Program-made: the position numbers and the translations under genes
In this document: piece after piece, positions 51,301 through 64,000 of the stretch
Layout: every line of letters starts with the position of its first letter
Position numbering within the stretch: position 1 is the stretch's first letter
The notes under the pieces: generated by a model
The model's input: only the letters and a program-made list of their open reading frames with translations
Database searches by the model: none
What the model was told of the DNA's origin: nothing
Assembly: GCF_964355755.1 (NCBI RefSeq)
Contig: NC_092675.1
Span: 19,688,912-19,752,911 of the forward strand
DNA from: Antedon mediterranea
Lineage: Eukaryota; Animalia; Echinodermata
DNA: 64,000 bases
Direction: 5' to 3'

Positions 51301-53451
51301 TGATATAGGACAAATCCTAGTTGTATTGAATGATCTTACTCTAAGGTCCATTTACACTAGGACGATAACGATCGATGATAAATAGATAAACATGCATTTT
51401 TCATACATAACCATCTATGCTTCTTTTGATGAAAATAATATTTGTACACGTCCAAAAAATGACGTCATGATAAATATGTTTATCAAATATCATCTGCAAA
51501 ATGTAACAACTTGTAACAACAATTTTCTGGAAAATCCCCTGTGAAATCTCGGGATAAAAACACACCAACAAAAGGCCTGTGTTTTTTAAATGTTCCGAGA
51601 TCTTCCGAGTTTTTTTACTGCGCGCATGTATTGCTCTGGTATTAACTAACCAATCATAGTAATCAAATAGCGCCCAACTATCCTTCCCACGAGATTTCAC
51701 AAGGTTCGCCGATGCGTGTGTGGAAACATGTAATAAGTCGGCAGATTACAAGTTGTTAGAAGTTGTAATAATTTACGCAGATGGAATAACTTACCCATCA
51801 ACATACATAAATCCACAACGATGAAAATCTTTTCCTATAATTTTAAACGCCATATTAGTTTAACTTATAAAATAATAAAGTAAAGTGAAAAATAAATACC
51901 TCTACTCATTGTAATCGATCAACTGCCTCTGTTTGTATCTTGTGTTTCAGTATTTGTGTGTATGTTTCTGTTTGTTTTTGTTGTGTTACTGCATACAGTA
52001 TATGTATGAAACATAATGTATGAAAGAGCATTATTAATAATATCTACGGCTTGCCCAACACAAGTTTCTCTTGGGTTTTAGTCGCGTGCAACGCGACCCT
52101 ACAGCTCACTATGTCGGTCGGTAGGTCGGTCGGTTGGTCGGTCGGTCGGTAAACACTAACTTGAGCACGCGACTGCAACCATGAATATGGCCGTGTTCCT
52201 TTTGATTTTACTTTTTGGGACCTTGCCACTTTAAAAAATGAATACTATTTTTTTTTAAACACTTCTTTCTTTTCCTGTCTGTTTAATTTCATAAAATATT
52301 TGTAAATTAAAAGAAATGTTCTTTTTTTATTGTTAGTTTGTTTTGAAAGAAATAAATGTTAACTTGACTTGACCTGAGATGTGAAAAGGGTATTAGACAG
52401 CATAGATGGTTATCCTATAGTTCTAGCACAAAAACGTTTCTAATTTCTTTTGTTTTATCCAAGACAAAAGTAGGCCTATGTTTATCTTTTTATTGTCGAT
52501 CATTATCGCCCTAGTGTAAATGGGCCTTAAAGCTATATGTTATATTTTATCCATATAGTTACTTAATTTACTTAATTGTTGGAATATGCTGATAATGATT
52601 TCACTTTTCAGTAATAGTTTCAGTAGAAGTTGATTATAATCATTGAATATTATGCAATGATAGTGTTCATTACGAATGGTGATAATTATCGTAACATTTA
52701 ATGTCGATGTTTAAATGTATGATTGAACGAAGATAAGTAAATATAATTATTGTGGAAACTCATTTCGGCATACATCTAGGGCCGTGTTTCCGCAGCCAGA
52801 AATTAATCGATAAAAATTAACCGATGAACTGGGGTTTAACCGATTCCACTCGAGAAAAATTAAGCGATAATCTATCATGCAAATCGGATAATTATCGGAT
52901 AAATGCGATACTTTTTAACCTTTGACCTGAGGACACATTTTTGTTTGGTAGTGACTGATCATGCGCACTTATTGGTAAACAATTTTATCGGATAATTTTG
53001 TTTTGGCTGCCGAAACACGGCCTAGTGGACATTACGCGCCGAAATCTGGGGTTTGAAACCATCCAGATTCTCAAACCGTACGTAATAAGAATGGATAAAT
53101 GCGAACAAACAGAGTTTGTATTCGTGAAACGACTGTACCATCTACGAATTGTAAAAGAGGTACCAAATTAATTAAAACATACATTTACTAACGTTTACTA
53201 AGAACATAACATTTTATGAACAAAATATACTACTTTATTGTAGGCCTGTGTAAAAAAATGTCCCCACTCGTTAACCACATAATTTCACTGGTACAGTAGT
53301 CATGGATATTTGCAAACATATTTTTTATAACTGTATTTATGTGTTGTGTAGTTATGGTTACTTGTAATAAGCGGTTTTAATAATTGCAACTTTTTTATTA
53401 ACTACGAAAAACACATCAACGTTTATCATTTCGAAAGGCAAGACTGTAACA

Positions 53452-56400
53452 ATGCTGTTGCTTCTTGCTGTTGCCTTTGTTTATTTGATATCTGGCACGG
53501 ACACTTGTAAGTTGTTTGTATATAATTAGAATAGATGGTAAATCATAAATTGTATGTTCCATTTTGTTAAACTTAGAAAAGGCCAGTTTTTTATTGCTTA
53601 TTTAGCACCAACGTATTGGAATAATCTGGATACAACTACCGTGATTCGTTTAAATACTGTAAGCTCATTTAGAATGCATATGAAAACCTTTTATTTCTCT
53701 AGCTATCAAACCAATGACTACTAAATATGTTGCGCATTGTACATTTTAATTCATTTTATGCATTTTATGTGTTGTGTTAACGGCACCGATATGTTCTCTT
53801 ATCTGTGAGACAAGTTGTAATCTTGATCCCTAAAATGGTAAATTGTTGATTATTGTTAAAATATTGTTTGTAATGAAAAAAATGACCATTTTAAAATAAA
53901 TGTTTATTGAAACTAAAACTATTGAAACTAAGTACCTTTTCATTTGTAACGTTTTCAATGTGCTTTGATTGTATAAAGTATACTTTTAGTATGATTACAT
54001 TTAATGTGTATTAGGCCTACAACAGGATAGCCTTTCTGTTGGTTATAGGCCTACAATTTTGTAGCTAAGGATTATTAATATTATGTAATTTTCAGCATAC
54101 TTGTCCTACAAAGCACAGGCGACTTCAACATCAGTGGTTTATTGGGATTATGCAAGCTTTGCAACTGATGGAATAGATTATACCAATTTCGACTGTTATC
54201 ATTCTAGTAAGATACTCAGTTAGTGCTACTTATCAGCAATAGCTTACTTACTAAACCAATAGTTATAATAGGGAACGTTCGATTACCGACGACCTCCCTA
54301 TTTCAAGTAAATCCTGGACATTTGCATAGAAACCATCATAACTGTCGAGGGATTGCGCACAGTAAAGTCAATAAAACCAACTCATTACAATATTAGATAC
54401 TCCGGACCCACATTATGATATAATCTACCTTCCTCCATTTTAGAATCCGCCTCCAAAAAGTATTTTTAAAACAAATGAACAATCATATCTTCTCTTATTA
54501 TTAGCCTGTCATGTTCTGACCTGTACCTTTTCCATATTGTTTACTCATTTTTTTTTAAATGTATTTATTTTTTTAAGGCTCGCCGCCCATCTCAAGGTGT
54601 TTGTCTTCTTATTTCCGGGCATCTGCCTTCATTCTCTAACCTATTATCATTATATTATTTGCATTGTATTTTTCCTTTCTTTTTTTGTCAGAGTTTGTAA
54701 ATAAATGTTATGAAACGAAAAGCTTGAAAATAAACAAGACGTACTTTGTTGGTTGTCGGTCGCAAATCGAAAGCTTCCTGTACAAACTACGTATACATGT
54801 GTTAGTTAAATTGTAAGCTGTAATAATTGCATATCCAAAAACTGTCTTTTTATTTAAATTTAACCTATTGTAATTATAAACTCACAGGTTATCACTATCA
54901 ACCATGGATGAAAGTGGATCTTTCACAGGAACACAAAGTCACGAGTGTGACGATCATCAATATGGTTGACCAAGGTAACAGTACCACAATTATGTTTTGC
55001 ACAAAATGTGTAGCCTATAATATAATATCAAAATCGCTAAATTTAGGTTTATATTTGGTGAGTTTTGATTTATAAATAATTTATTTCACAAAGGACGTGT
55101 CTTTCATAAACGATTACAAGATGCTGAAGTACGAATTGGATCTGATTATTCTTACCCAAGCACATTGTGTGGATCCGTTACTGATGTCCAGACTAGCCCT
55201 ATCATCGACATCATCTGTAAAGTTCCAATCATTGGTCGTTACGTAATGGTATGGTTTTCATCAAAAACGCAGTATTTGAACTTTTGTGAAATAAAAGTCT
55301 ATGCGGAATATGAATATGTAACTGGTATGTCAGCCTAAAGTATCTTTCAAAACTTTATTTTAAATAGTATTAATGTTCAAAGTTACATAACAGTCTAACA
55401 AGCCACATTCTTATTGTATTCTAGTTACAGTAGGCCTATTGTAATTCAATTAAAGTTTTGAACCATGTAATAAACGCATTTACAAAAGTCATCTTAATCA
55501 TAATTGTGCCAGATATAAAATACAGGGTTCACATATTAACGATCTTCCATTACTTTCAGGTGATTTTCAGAGAATTCTGAATCCCATCACACTGTTTACT
55601 TTGAGTATGGCTTGTTTGTTGGAAAACTTCTACGGAAAGCTGCCAATACGACCATGTAACTATGGTAATAATGAGTGTGCAGGTGACACTTCAGAGTCGA
55701 TTGAGGTTGCGACTTTAGACCCATACTCCAGCGGAATACAAACGTTGACAATCGCCTTCTATGTCTACCCGTACCAGAGTTCGATGGGCGATATTGTTGG
55801 ATTATTCGAAAAAGGAACCAGTCTACGAATACAACAAACGTATTCAAATGGCAATCTATATCAATCTGAGGTAACTGTATTCTATGGAAATCAGGAACTG
55901 ACTAGAGCTCATGTTCTATTGCCTGAAGTCTGGACATTTCTTACTCTGACTTTCGATGGAATCAATGAAAACGTCAAACTCTGGAGGAATGGAGAGATTG
56001 CAAGTATTGGTTATACACAACGTACGCATTTAGATTTCTATTTCAATGAGACAACAATCAAAATTGGACATGATGGCTCCGAGGCACAAGCTAACGTGGC
56101 GATGTTTCAAATTTATGATAGAGTACTTGACGAATCCGAGATCAAAGCAGTACGAGATCGTTCTACTAATGGTAATAAATACAATACTTCTTAAATAATT
56201 AAATATCAATACCTCTCATATCTCCACTGATAGTTAACTGATAGCACTGTTTTTGTTGATGTAAATCAGTGCAAACTTGGGCTTTTGAGCTCTAAGCTCC
56301 GAGTGATATTGTCTCTCTTTGTAATAATTTTTTTATAATTTCTATATTAAATTTCAGGTCAAGACGGTCTTTACGAGACCCTGTTAACATTAGCGGACTT

Positions 56401-56593
56401 TCAGGGCAAAATTCTACATACTGTATATTCTCGATCATTGGTTCATTGTGGTCAGATATGCAAATCAAAATGCTGTGACGTGTTCAAGTTTACAATGGCT
56501 AATAACAGTTGCACCTTGTATTCAACTCAGCAACCTCACGAAACATTTGCAGTAATAAACGGCGAACATTACAGACATGTTAACGTAATCTAA
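53452..56593 (+). CDS. Secreted FTLD + LamG-like + PAN lectin-like protein, copy 3 (apparently identical to copy 2)
   Basis: Exons 53452-53506, 54096-54206, 54888-54974, 55094-55324, 55560-56171, 56358-56593. Confidence 0.88.
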
Positions 56594-59500
56594 CAGATAA
56601 TTGATTGAGTCATGTTTAAGAAAATATAATTGGAAAAGTAATGTTATTTTCTTGCATATAACATTGAATAGTATAATACTGTATTCATATTTATCTCATA
56701 GCTCATCAGCCTCCCATTGGCGCGCCATACCAAATTTAAACTAGAAAGCCACTCCGAGTCCTACTGTAACAATTCTCATACATATATATATTTGTGTGTG
56801 TCTTAATGCTGTTTGTGATTTAGGCTAGTTTCACTACAAGCATGTGTATGCGAGTTTGGTGTTATTCATTTTGGTAAAGATCTTTTAATTACTTTTTGAG
56901 TAATCCTGCTAACAAACAAACAAACAGACAAATGAAAGCACTCAGAAACTGAGTGAAGTACTTGGCAAAATATATCCACTGACTTGGAGCATGATACATT
57001 TTTTTGCTTTAGGTATCAGCTTTACATGGTTATGTTTTAAAATTACAAATCACAAATTATAACCCTTGCCTCTTGTCCAAAAATGAGGTTTTTGGAAAAG
57101 AGTAGTTCTCGAGAAAATGCAATTTCAGTTTACGTGTTGCTTTAAGATTTCTCACAGGCTTTTGAAAATGGTCTCCTATCTTTTAACACTAGCCGGTCTG
57201 AAAATAATATCATTTGTGTTATTTGTGAAGTTATTAATACACCAATGTTGTTGATTTTCAATAAGCATGGTCTGAAAGTATATACCTATCTACACCTAAA
57301 AAATTAAGTAACGATAACTTGAAAACTGTATCGCTATCGTGCTAACAAACAAACATATATACAAACAAAGTAAATACTATACTTGGCAAAATTTCTTTTT
57401 GCCAAGAAACAAACACACGCGATCGATTCATATACCTCCTTGGCGGAAGTAAATAATGTGTCTCAACCAACGAACAGTATCGCTTTGTCATCAGAAGGGC
57501 ATCAGTTGATGTGGATGCAAAGAAAGTCTTGAATAAAAATAAAAAAAACACTACTTTTTATTGATAAACTAGCAGCTTAACTACAAAATGCTAATTGTTC
57601 ACTTGGTAATGTTGTTAGCCGTTGTAAATGTATAGGCGTAATTAACAAGAACGTCCCTTTTCGGCATTCTATTATTGTTATTATTATTACTTGTATAGCG
57701 CACATTTATACAACATTTAATTATAATCAGCGGCGCTTCACATCAATTAGTATCGTAACATTGTTTGAAATATAGTGCTTTTAAATGTTTTTTAAACTGA
57801 TTATAGTCGTCTAAGTGTTTAATGTGACTTGGTAATCTGTTCCAAATTTTGGGTCCTGCTACGACGAACGAACGGTCAGCAAATGTCTTTCGTTTAGTTC
57901 GTGGGATTGTCAGGTTATAATTGCTGGTGCTTAAATAGTGTTTCTGTGCATATGTAAATAAACCTGTTAAGACAGAAAACAGAAAATTATTGAGAGAGCG
58001 TATGAATATGTATAATATTTTCTAATCGATTGTTCTTTAAATAGAGATAGATGTATTTTTTCTATTCGCAAGCATAGACCTCTTTGAATAGAAGAACGAT
58101 CTATTGATTCTCATTAAAATAATAATTATATTGAATTATATATAAACAAACCAATCGCAAGCGTCGCGTCCGTTTTGTAGAAACAACAATAATTTGGTAG
58201 AGTACATTAATTATGGGGTGTTCACTATCTAAGAGTCTATTAAACACGTGCGTCACCCATCGTGTAGCCAAAACATTTATTTATTTAAATCCCTAAATGT
58301 ACAATCGCGTATTCTGTAATTTTACTCTGACTCTATTCAATTGTTGTTTGACGTTCAATATATTCACCAATTATCGTTCAACAAATTACACAAGAAACTC
58401 AAATTGCGAAAATAAAAGATCGCGAAATAGTTAAAAATGTAAAATCGCGAAAATTTAGGGCCGCGAAAATGTTGGACTTTACAATACTAAATTTATTAGT
58501 ATTTTAAACCAGATTTACAGTAAATATATTCATTTATTTATATTAGTTTTCTTATTGTTTGCTTAACACAAGTAGAAAAATATAAATCAGGTTAATGATT
58601 TAAAAAACAAAACAAAAAAACTTACTTTTGAAAATAAAAGTATGTATGTATGTTGTCGTCGCGGATCGAAAGTTGTATCCGATATTGTCGAACCGGTTGG
58701 TGGCGTGCTTTGGTATGTAAATCTAATTTACATACCATGAGTCGGTTGTTATGATTGCGGTATGTGCGCATCCGAAGAAGACATTTTATTTTCACGAAAG
58801 AAAGATATAAACAATTTGGCTGCTTTCGTTGTAAGTAGATTGTTAATTATAATGCTAAACTGTATTGAAACTATTCTACCTTGTTCTGAACAATTTGACA
58901 CTAAAAATAATTTCATATGTACAGTACAATATTTTCAAAGTTATGCGATTTTATGTAGTGCAAATTTCAAAGGTCAATAATGTTAGAATCGGCCATTTTT
59001 TGCAAAAACATGCCATTAGACTAAATATAAATATGTAGTTTCTGAACAGTTTGAGCCATATTGTGTGTCTCTCAGATTAGTGGTTGCTAAGATATGATAA
59101 ATCAAGGTCAAAGGTCAATAATGTTAGAATCCGCCATTTTTTGCAAAAACATGCCATGCATTAGACTGGATATAAAAGTGTAGTTTCTGGACAATTTAAG
59201 CCCTAATTATCTCCGATTAGTGGTTGCTGAGATATGATAAATCAAGGTCAAAGGTCAATAATGTTAGAAATAGCACTTCCATTCATTTTTGGACAAACTT
59301 TTTCATTACAGTGAATATAAAAACATATATTCTAACGATTTTAACACCATAATTAAGTATCTGTGACTAGCGGTTTCCAAGATACATAGTACATTATTAA
59401 AAATGGCCGCCATTTTTAATTATGCAAATTAGGCTACTTTCCGTTGTCGAAAAATGTCCTAACGTTGATAAATGTGTTCAGTGAGGTCTAAAAAACATAT

Positions 59501-61743
59501 TTCATCAAAAAAAAACTTTTCTTGCAATTTGTGTGAGTTAAAAGTCTAAATCCCATGGACTATTGGTGTTGTTGCATTGATATAGGACAAATCCTAGTTG
59601 TATTGAATGATCTTACTCTAAGGTCCATTTACACTAGGACGATAACGATCGATGATAAATAGATAAACATGCATTTTTCATACATAACCATCTATGCTTC
59701 TTTTGATGAAAATAATATTTGTACACGTCCAAAAAATGACGTCATGATAAATATGTTTATCAAATATCATCTGCAAAATGTAACAACTTGTAACAACAAT
59801 TTTCTGGAAAATCCCCTGTGAAATCTCGGGATAAAAACACACCAACAAAAGGCCTGTGTTTTTTAAATGTTCCGAGATCTTCCGAGTTTTTTTACTGCGC
59901 GCATGTATTGCTCTGGTATTAACTAACCAATCATAGTAATCAAATAGCGCCCAACTATCCTTCCCACGAGATTTCACAAGGTTCGCCGATGCGTGTGTGG
60001 AAACATGTAATAAGTCGGCAGATTACAAGTTGTTAGAAGTTGTAATAATTTACGCAGATGGAATAACTTACCCATCAACATACATAAATCCACAACGATG
60101 AAAATCTTTTCCTATAATTTTAAACGCCATATTAGTTTAACTTATAAAATAATAAAGTAAAGTGAAAAATAAATACCTCTACTCATTGTAATCGATCAAC
60201 TGCCTCTGTTTGTATCTTGTGTTTCAGTATTTGTGTGTATGTTTCTGTTTGTTTTTGTTGTGTTACTGCATACAGTATATGTATGAAACATAATGTATGA
60301 AAGAGCATTATTAATAATATCTACGGCTTGCCCAACACAAGTTTCTCTTGGGTTTTAGTCGCGTGCAACGCGACCCTACAGCTCACTATGTCGGTCGGTA
60401 GGTCGGTCGGTTGGTCGGTCGGTCGGTAAACACTAACTTGAGCACGCGACTGCAACCATGAATATGGCCGTGTTCCTTTTGATTTTACTTTTTGGGACCT
60501 TGCCACTTTAAAAAATGAATACTATTTTTTTTTAAACACTTCTTTCTTTTCCTGTCTGTTTAATTTCATAAAATATTTGTAAATTAAAAGAAATGTTCTT
60601 TTTTTATTGTTATTTTGTTTTGAAAAAAATAAATGTTAACTTGACTTGACCTGAGATGTGAAAAGGGTATTAGACAGCATAGATGGTTATCCTATAGTTC
60701 TAGCACAAAAACGTTTCTAATTTCTTTTGTTTTATCCAAGACAAAAGTAGGCCTATGTTTATCTTTTTATTGTCGATCATTATCGCCCTAGTGTAAATGG
60801 GCCTTAAAGCTATATGTTATATTTTATCCATATAGTTACTTAATTTACTTAATTGTTGGAATATGCTGATAATGATTTCACTTTTCAGTAATAGTTTCAG
60901 TAGAAGTTGATTATAATCATTGAATATTATGCAATGATAGTGTTCATTACGAATGGTGATAATTATCGTAACATTTAATGTCGATGTTTAAATGTATGAT
61001 TGAACGAAGATAAGTAAATATAATTATTGTGGAAACTCATTTCGGCATACATCTAGGGCCGTATTTCCGCAGCCAGAAATTAATCGATAAAAATTAACCG
61101 ATGAACTGGGGTTTAACCGATTCCACTCGAGAAAAATTAAGCGATAATCTATCATGCAAATCGGATAATTATCGGATAAATGCGATACTTTTTAACCTTT
61201 GACCTGAGGACACATTTTTGTTTGGTAGTGACTGATCATGCGCACTTATTGGTAAACAATTTTATCGGATAATTTTGTTTTGTCTGCCGAAACACGGCCT
61301 AGTGGACATTACGCGCCGAAATCTGGGGTTTGAAACCATCCAGATTCTCAAACCGTACGTAATAAGAATGGATAAATGCGAACAAACAGAGTTTGTATTC
61401 GTGAAACGACTGTACCATCTACGAATTGTAAAAGAGGTACCAAATTAATTAAAACATACATTTACTAACGTTTACTAAGAACATAACATTTTATGAACAA
61501 AATATACTACTAAAAAAATAAATACTTTATTGTAGGCCTGTGTAAAAAAATGTCCCCACTCGTTAACCACATAATTTCACTGGTACAGTAGTCATGGATA
61601 TTTGCAAACATATTTTGTATAACTGTATTTATGTGTTGTGTAGTTATGGTTACTTGTAATAAGCGGTTTTAATAATTGCAACTTTTTTATTAACTATGAA
61701 AAACACGTCAACGTTTATCATTTCGAAAGGCAAGACTGTAACA

Positions 61744-64000
61744 ATGCTGTTGCTTCTTGCTGTTGCTTTTGTTTATTTGGTATCTGGCACGGACACTTGT
61801 AAGTTGTTTGTATATAATTAGAATAGATGGTAAATCATAAATTGTATGTTCCATTTTGTTAAACTTAGAAAAGGCCAGTTTTTATTGCTTATTTAGCACC
61901 AACGTATTGGAATAATCTGGATACAACTACCGTGATTCGTTTAAATACTGTAAGCTCATTTAAAATGCATATGAAAACCTTTTATTTCTCTAGCTATCAA
62001 ACCAATGACTACTAAATATGTTGCGCATTGTACATTTTAATTCATTTTATGCATTTTATGTGTTGTGTTAACGGCACCGATATGTTCTCTTATCTGTGAG
62101 ACAAGTTGTAATCTTGATCCCTAAAATGGTAAATTGTTGATTATTGTTAAAATATTGTTTGTAATGAAAAAAATGACCATTTTAAAATAAATGTTTATTG
62201 AAACTAAAACTATTGAAACTAAGTACCTTTTCATTTGTAACGTTTTCAATGTGCTTTGATTGTATAAAGTATACTTTTAGTATGATTACATTTAATGTGT
62301 ATTAGGCCTACAACAGGATAGCCTGTCTGTTGGTTATACAATTTTGTAGCTAAGGATTATTAATATTATGTAATTTTCAGCATACTTGTCCTACAAAGCA
62401 CAGGCGACTTCAACATCAGTGGTTTATTGGAATTATGCAAGCTTTGCAACTGATGGAATAGATTATACCAATTTCGACTGTTATCATTCTAGTAAGATAC
62501 TCAGTTAGTGCTACTTATCAGCAATAGCTTACTTACTAAACCAATAGTTATAATAGGGAACGTTCGATTACCGACGACCTCCCTATATCAAGTAAATCCT
62601 GGACATTTGCATAGAAACCATCATAACTGTCGAGGGATTGCGCACAGTAAAGTCAATAAAACCAACTCATTACAATATTAGATACTCCGGACCCACATTA
62701 TGATATAATCTACCTTCCTCCATTTTAGAATCCGCCTCCAAAAAGTATTTTTAAAACAAATGAACAATCATATCTTCTCTTATTATTAGCCTGTCATGTT
62801 CTGACCTGTACCTTTTCCATATTGTTTACTCATTTTTTTAAAAATGTATTTATTTTTTTAAGGCTCGCCCATCTCAAGGTGTTTGTCTTCTTATTTCCGG
62901 GCATCTGCCTTCATTTTCTGACCTATTATTATTATATTATTTGCATTGTATTTTTGCTTTCCTTTTTTGTCAGAGTTTGTAAATAAATGTTATGAAACGA
63001 AAAGCTTGAAAATAAACAAGACGTACTTTGTTGGTGGTCCGTCGCAAATCGAAAGCTTCCTGTACAAACTACGTATACATGTGTTAGTTAAATTGTAAGC
63101 TGTAATAATTGCATATCCAAAGACTGTCTTTTTATTTAAGTTTAACCTATTGTAATTATAAACTCACAGGTTATCACTATCAACCATGGATGAAAGTGGA
63201 TCTTTCACAGGAACACAAAGTCACGAGTGTGACGATCATCAATATGGTTGACCAAGGTAACAGTACCACAATTATGTTTTGCACAAAATGTGTAGCCTAT
63301 AATATAATACCAAAATCGCTAAATTTAGGTTTATAGTTGGTGAGTTTTGATTTATAAATAATTTATTTCACAAAGGACGTGTCTTTCATAAACGATTACA
63401 AGATGCTGAAGTACGAATTGGATCTGATTATTCTTACCCAAGCACATTGTGTGGATCCGTTACTGATGTCCAGACTAGCCCTATCATCGACATCATCTGT
63501 AAAGTTCCAATCATTGGTCGTTACGTAATGGTATGGTTTTCATCAAAAACGCAGTATTTGAACTTTTGTGAAATAAAAGTCTATGCGGAATATGAATATG
63601 TAACTGGTATGTCAGCCTAAAGTATCTTTAAAAACTTTATTTTAAATAGTATTAATGTTCAAAGTTACACAACAGTCTAACAAGCCAAATTCTTATTGTA
63701 TTCTAGTTACAGTAGGCCTATTGTAATTCAATTAAAGTGTTGAATCATGTAATAAACGCATTTCCAAAAGTCATCTTAATTATAATTGTGCCAGATATAA
63801 AATACAGGGTTCACATATTAACGATCTTCCATTCTTTCAGGTGATTTTCAGAGAATTCTGAATCCCATCACACTGTTTACTTTGAGTATGGCTTGTTTGT
63901 TGGAGAACTTCTACGGAAAGCTGCCAATACGACCATGTAACTATGGTAATAATGAGTGTGCAGGTGACACTTCAGAGTCGATTGAGGTTGCGACTTTAGA
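61744..64000 (+). CDS. Secreted FTLD + LamG-like + PAN lectin-like protein, copy 4, cut by the window end
   Basis: Exons 61744-61798, 62381-62491, 63170-63256, 63376-63606, 63841->64000; substitutions versus copy 2 include I>V in the signal peptide and WDY>WNY in exon 2. Confidence 0.85.

Larger units (their letters stand above)
44470..64000 (+). repeat. Tandem segmental duplication, 8,277-bp unit (44470-52746, 52747-61023, 61024->64000); homology extends back to ~30720 in copy 1
   Basis: Identical ORF sets offset by 8,277 (46550/54827, 47324/55601, 50485/58762, 52044/60321); by eye, only isolated substitutions separate units 2 and 3. Confidence 0.97.

Noticed and set aside
34802-60506. Small repeated spacer ORFs (34802/50485/58762, 51401/59678, 52044/60321, 49065/57342)
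   Set aside because: They recur only because of the segmental duplication, overlap repeats or MITEs, differ in length between copies and show no protein motifs.

Overview
AT-rich, intron-rich animal genomic DNA, probably from a marine invertebrate; no bacterial features. (1) 1-21.2 kb: the 3' ~40 exons of a SPEF2 (sperm flagellar protein 2) gene on +, whose introns carry several TIR MITEs and LINE remnants. (2) 21.8-23.6 kb: a 40/41-bp satellite. (3) 24.3-64 kb: a tandem array of at least four 6-exon genes for a predicted secreted 443-aa protein (signal peptide + F-type lectin domain + LamG/ConA-like domain + PAN/apple domain); the unit is 8,277 bp between copies 2 and 3. Copy 1 is a 5'-divergent chimera with a young 5'-truncated L1/Tx1-type LINE (16-bp TSD) in intron 2. 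The spacer after copy 1 holds a 7.5-kb stack of five Helentron-like (HINE/DINE-1-type) non-autonomous elements, several joined at the same tract of the neighbouring element. Comparing paralogous copies shows three separate filled/empty pairs of a TA -> TA-GGCC-TA 6-bp micro-indel. Gene models, domains and element classes were read by eye with no database searches, so boundaries may be off by a few bases.
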